Assembly: GCA_002104905.1 (NCBI GenBank)
Contig: MCFE01000638.1
Span: forward strand, 1-50,738
Direction of reading: 5' to 3'
DNA from: Basidiobolus meristosporus CBS 931.73
Lineage: Eukaryota; Fungi; Basidiobolomycota
DNA: 50,738 bases
Part shown: positions 49,759-50,738 of the stretch, piece after piece
How the letters are laid out: the number at the start of each line of letters is the position of its first letter
How positions within the stretch are numbered: position 1 is the first letter of the stretch
The notes under the pieces: generated by a model
Told to the model about the DNA's origin: nothing
Seen by the model: the letters and a program-made list of their open reading frames with translations, nothing else
Databases searched by the model: none
Translations under genes and position numbers: made by a program

Positions 49759-50738
49759 CTAATCTTGATGTGCGAAATTCCTATGCTTGAATAACTTAAG
49801 TCGATTTCCAGCAACAGGTGCTCTCAACTGGGTGTTGTCAAGCTCAGATATGTAATAACTTCCATTTCCAATCACTTTGGAAATGAGGTAGGGGCCAGTC
49901 CATTTGTTGTCAAACTTCCGACTCCATTGCTTGTCCAAGGTAGAATCGTAGAGTAATACTGGGTCTCCTAGTGATAGTGGTTTTGGTCTTGTTGGGTGTG
50001 ATTTGTCAAAGGGCACCTTGTTCTTTAGTCGTGTATCCTTAAGTTGTTCAGCAGCTCTGCTGATATTCAAGTCATGGTGATCAAGTTGCTGTATGCGAGT
50101 TGCAAGGAGGTCTTCAGTCTGCATATTGGATCTCCAATTCAATGAGTTCCAAGTGACTGTGTTTAACTCAACTGGTAGTATGCAGTCATGTCCATAGAGT
50201 AGCTTGAATGGCGATAATCCAGTTGTCCTCTTAGTAGTAATTCTATCTGCCCAGAGTGCTAGATGTAATTGCTGTGGCCACAGTGTTGTGTTATTCTCAC
50301 AGGTCTTGACAAGAGAGTTCACCAATGGTCCATGTCCTCTCTCTATCATTCCATTGGCTTGAGGGTGGTAAGCTGTTGTAAAAGCAATGTGTATCTTGTA
50401 CTTTGAGCACAACTCCTGGATCATTTGGGATGTCATCTCTCCTCTGTCAGCAACAAACTGTCGGATGCAGCCAAATCTGCAGATGATGTCTTCAAGTATA
50501 AATCTCCATATGGTATGGCTCTTGTTGTTGGGCAAGGCTCAAGCCTCTGCCCATCCACTAAGGTCATCTCTAGCAACAATCAGGTACTTTTTTGATCCAG
50601 CTGTTGGCATGTGGACAAGGTCAATACCAACCTTTTGCCATAGACAGATTGTGTAAGTAGGATGCAGTGGTTCTTCATAACGCTTTGAGGATCTCTTCTG
50701 GCAGGCTACACATGACTCAACAAAGTGTTGGATATCAT
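49759..50738 (-). mobile_element. Ty3/Gypsy integrase (3' end of pol, runs off the window) with one nonsense codon
   Basis: SCVACQ zinc finger, KVGIDLV, ARDDLSGWAEA*AL, ADRGE, AYHPQANGMIER and GPY/F module KWTGPY. Integrase is the last domain before the PPT and LTR. In-frame TGA at 50541-50539. Confidence 0.93.

Overview
Eukaryotic (fungal) genomic DNA. The short GT-AG introns (52-74 nt) and unmutated long repeats suggest an early-diverging fungus; the exact taxon cannot be determined from the sequence. Left end: a spliced minus-strand C2H2 transcription factor with a Crz1-like triple zinc finger, and a plus-strand adenylosuccinate synthetase (ADE12). The window is dominated by a same-strand (minus) tandem array of one gene family. 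Two giant single-ORF secreted proteins (A, 8752-22491, about 4,580 aa; B, 30164-45610, about 5,150 aa) share one architecture: signal peptide, six Cys-rich CBM19-like modules, about 35 His/Ser-rich 63-64-aa repeats, Thr/Val 38-aa repeats, Thr/Val 32-aa repeats and a terminal CBM19-like module, with no GPI or TM anchor. Between them lie four decayed 3'-end copies of the same gene, most with a duplicated 3' flank. A and B show patchwork identity, with a divergent two-module block inside near-identical N-termini and a conserved 29-bp promoter element. Right end: a nested transposon cluster comprising a foldback/MITE-like element, a Copia gag pseudogene, two related tail-to-tail LTRs and the 3' end of a Gypsy element. 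The retroelement coding DNA is strongly CpG-depleted. Domain names come from motif recognition, not database searches.
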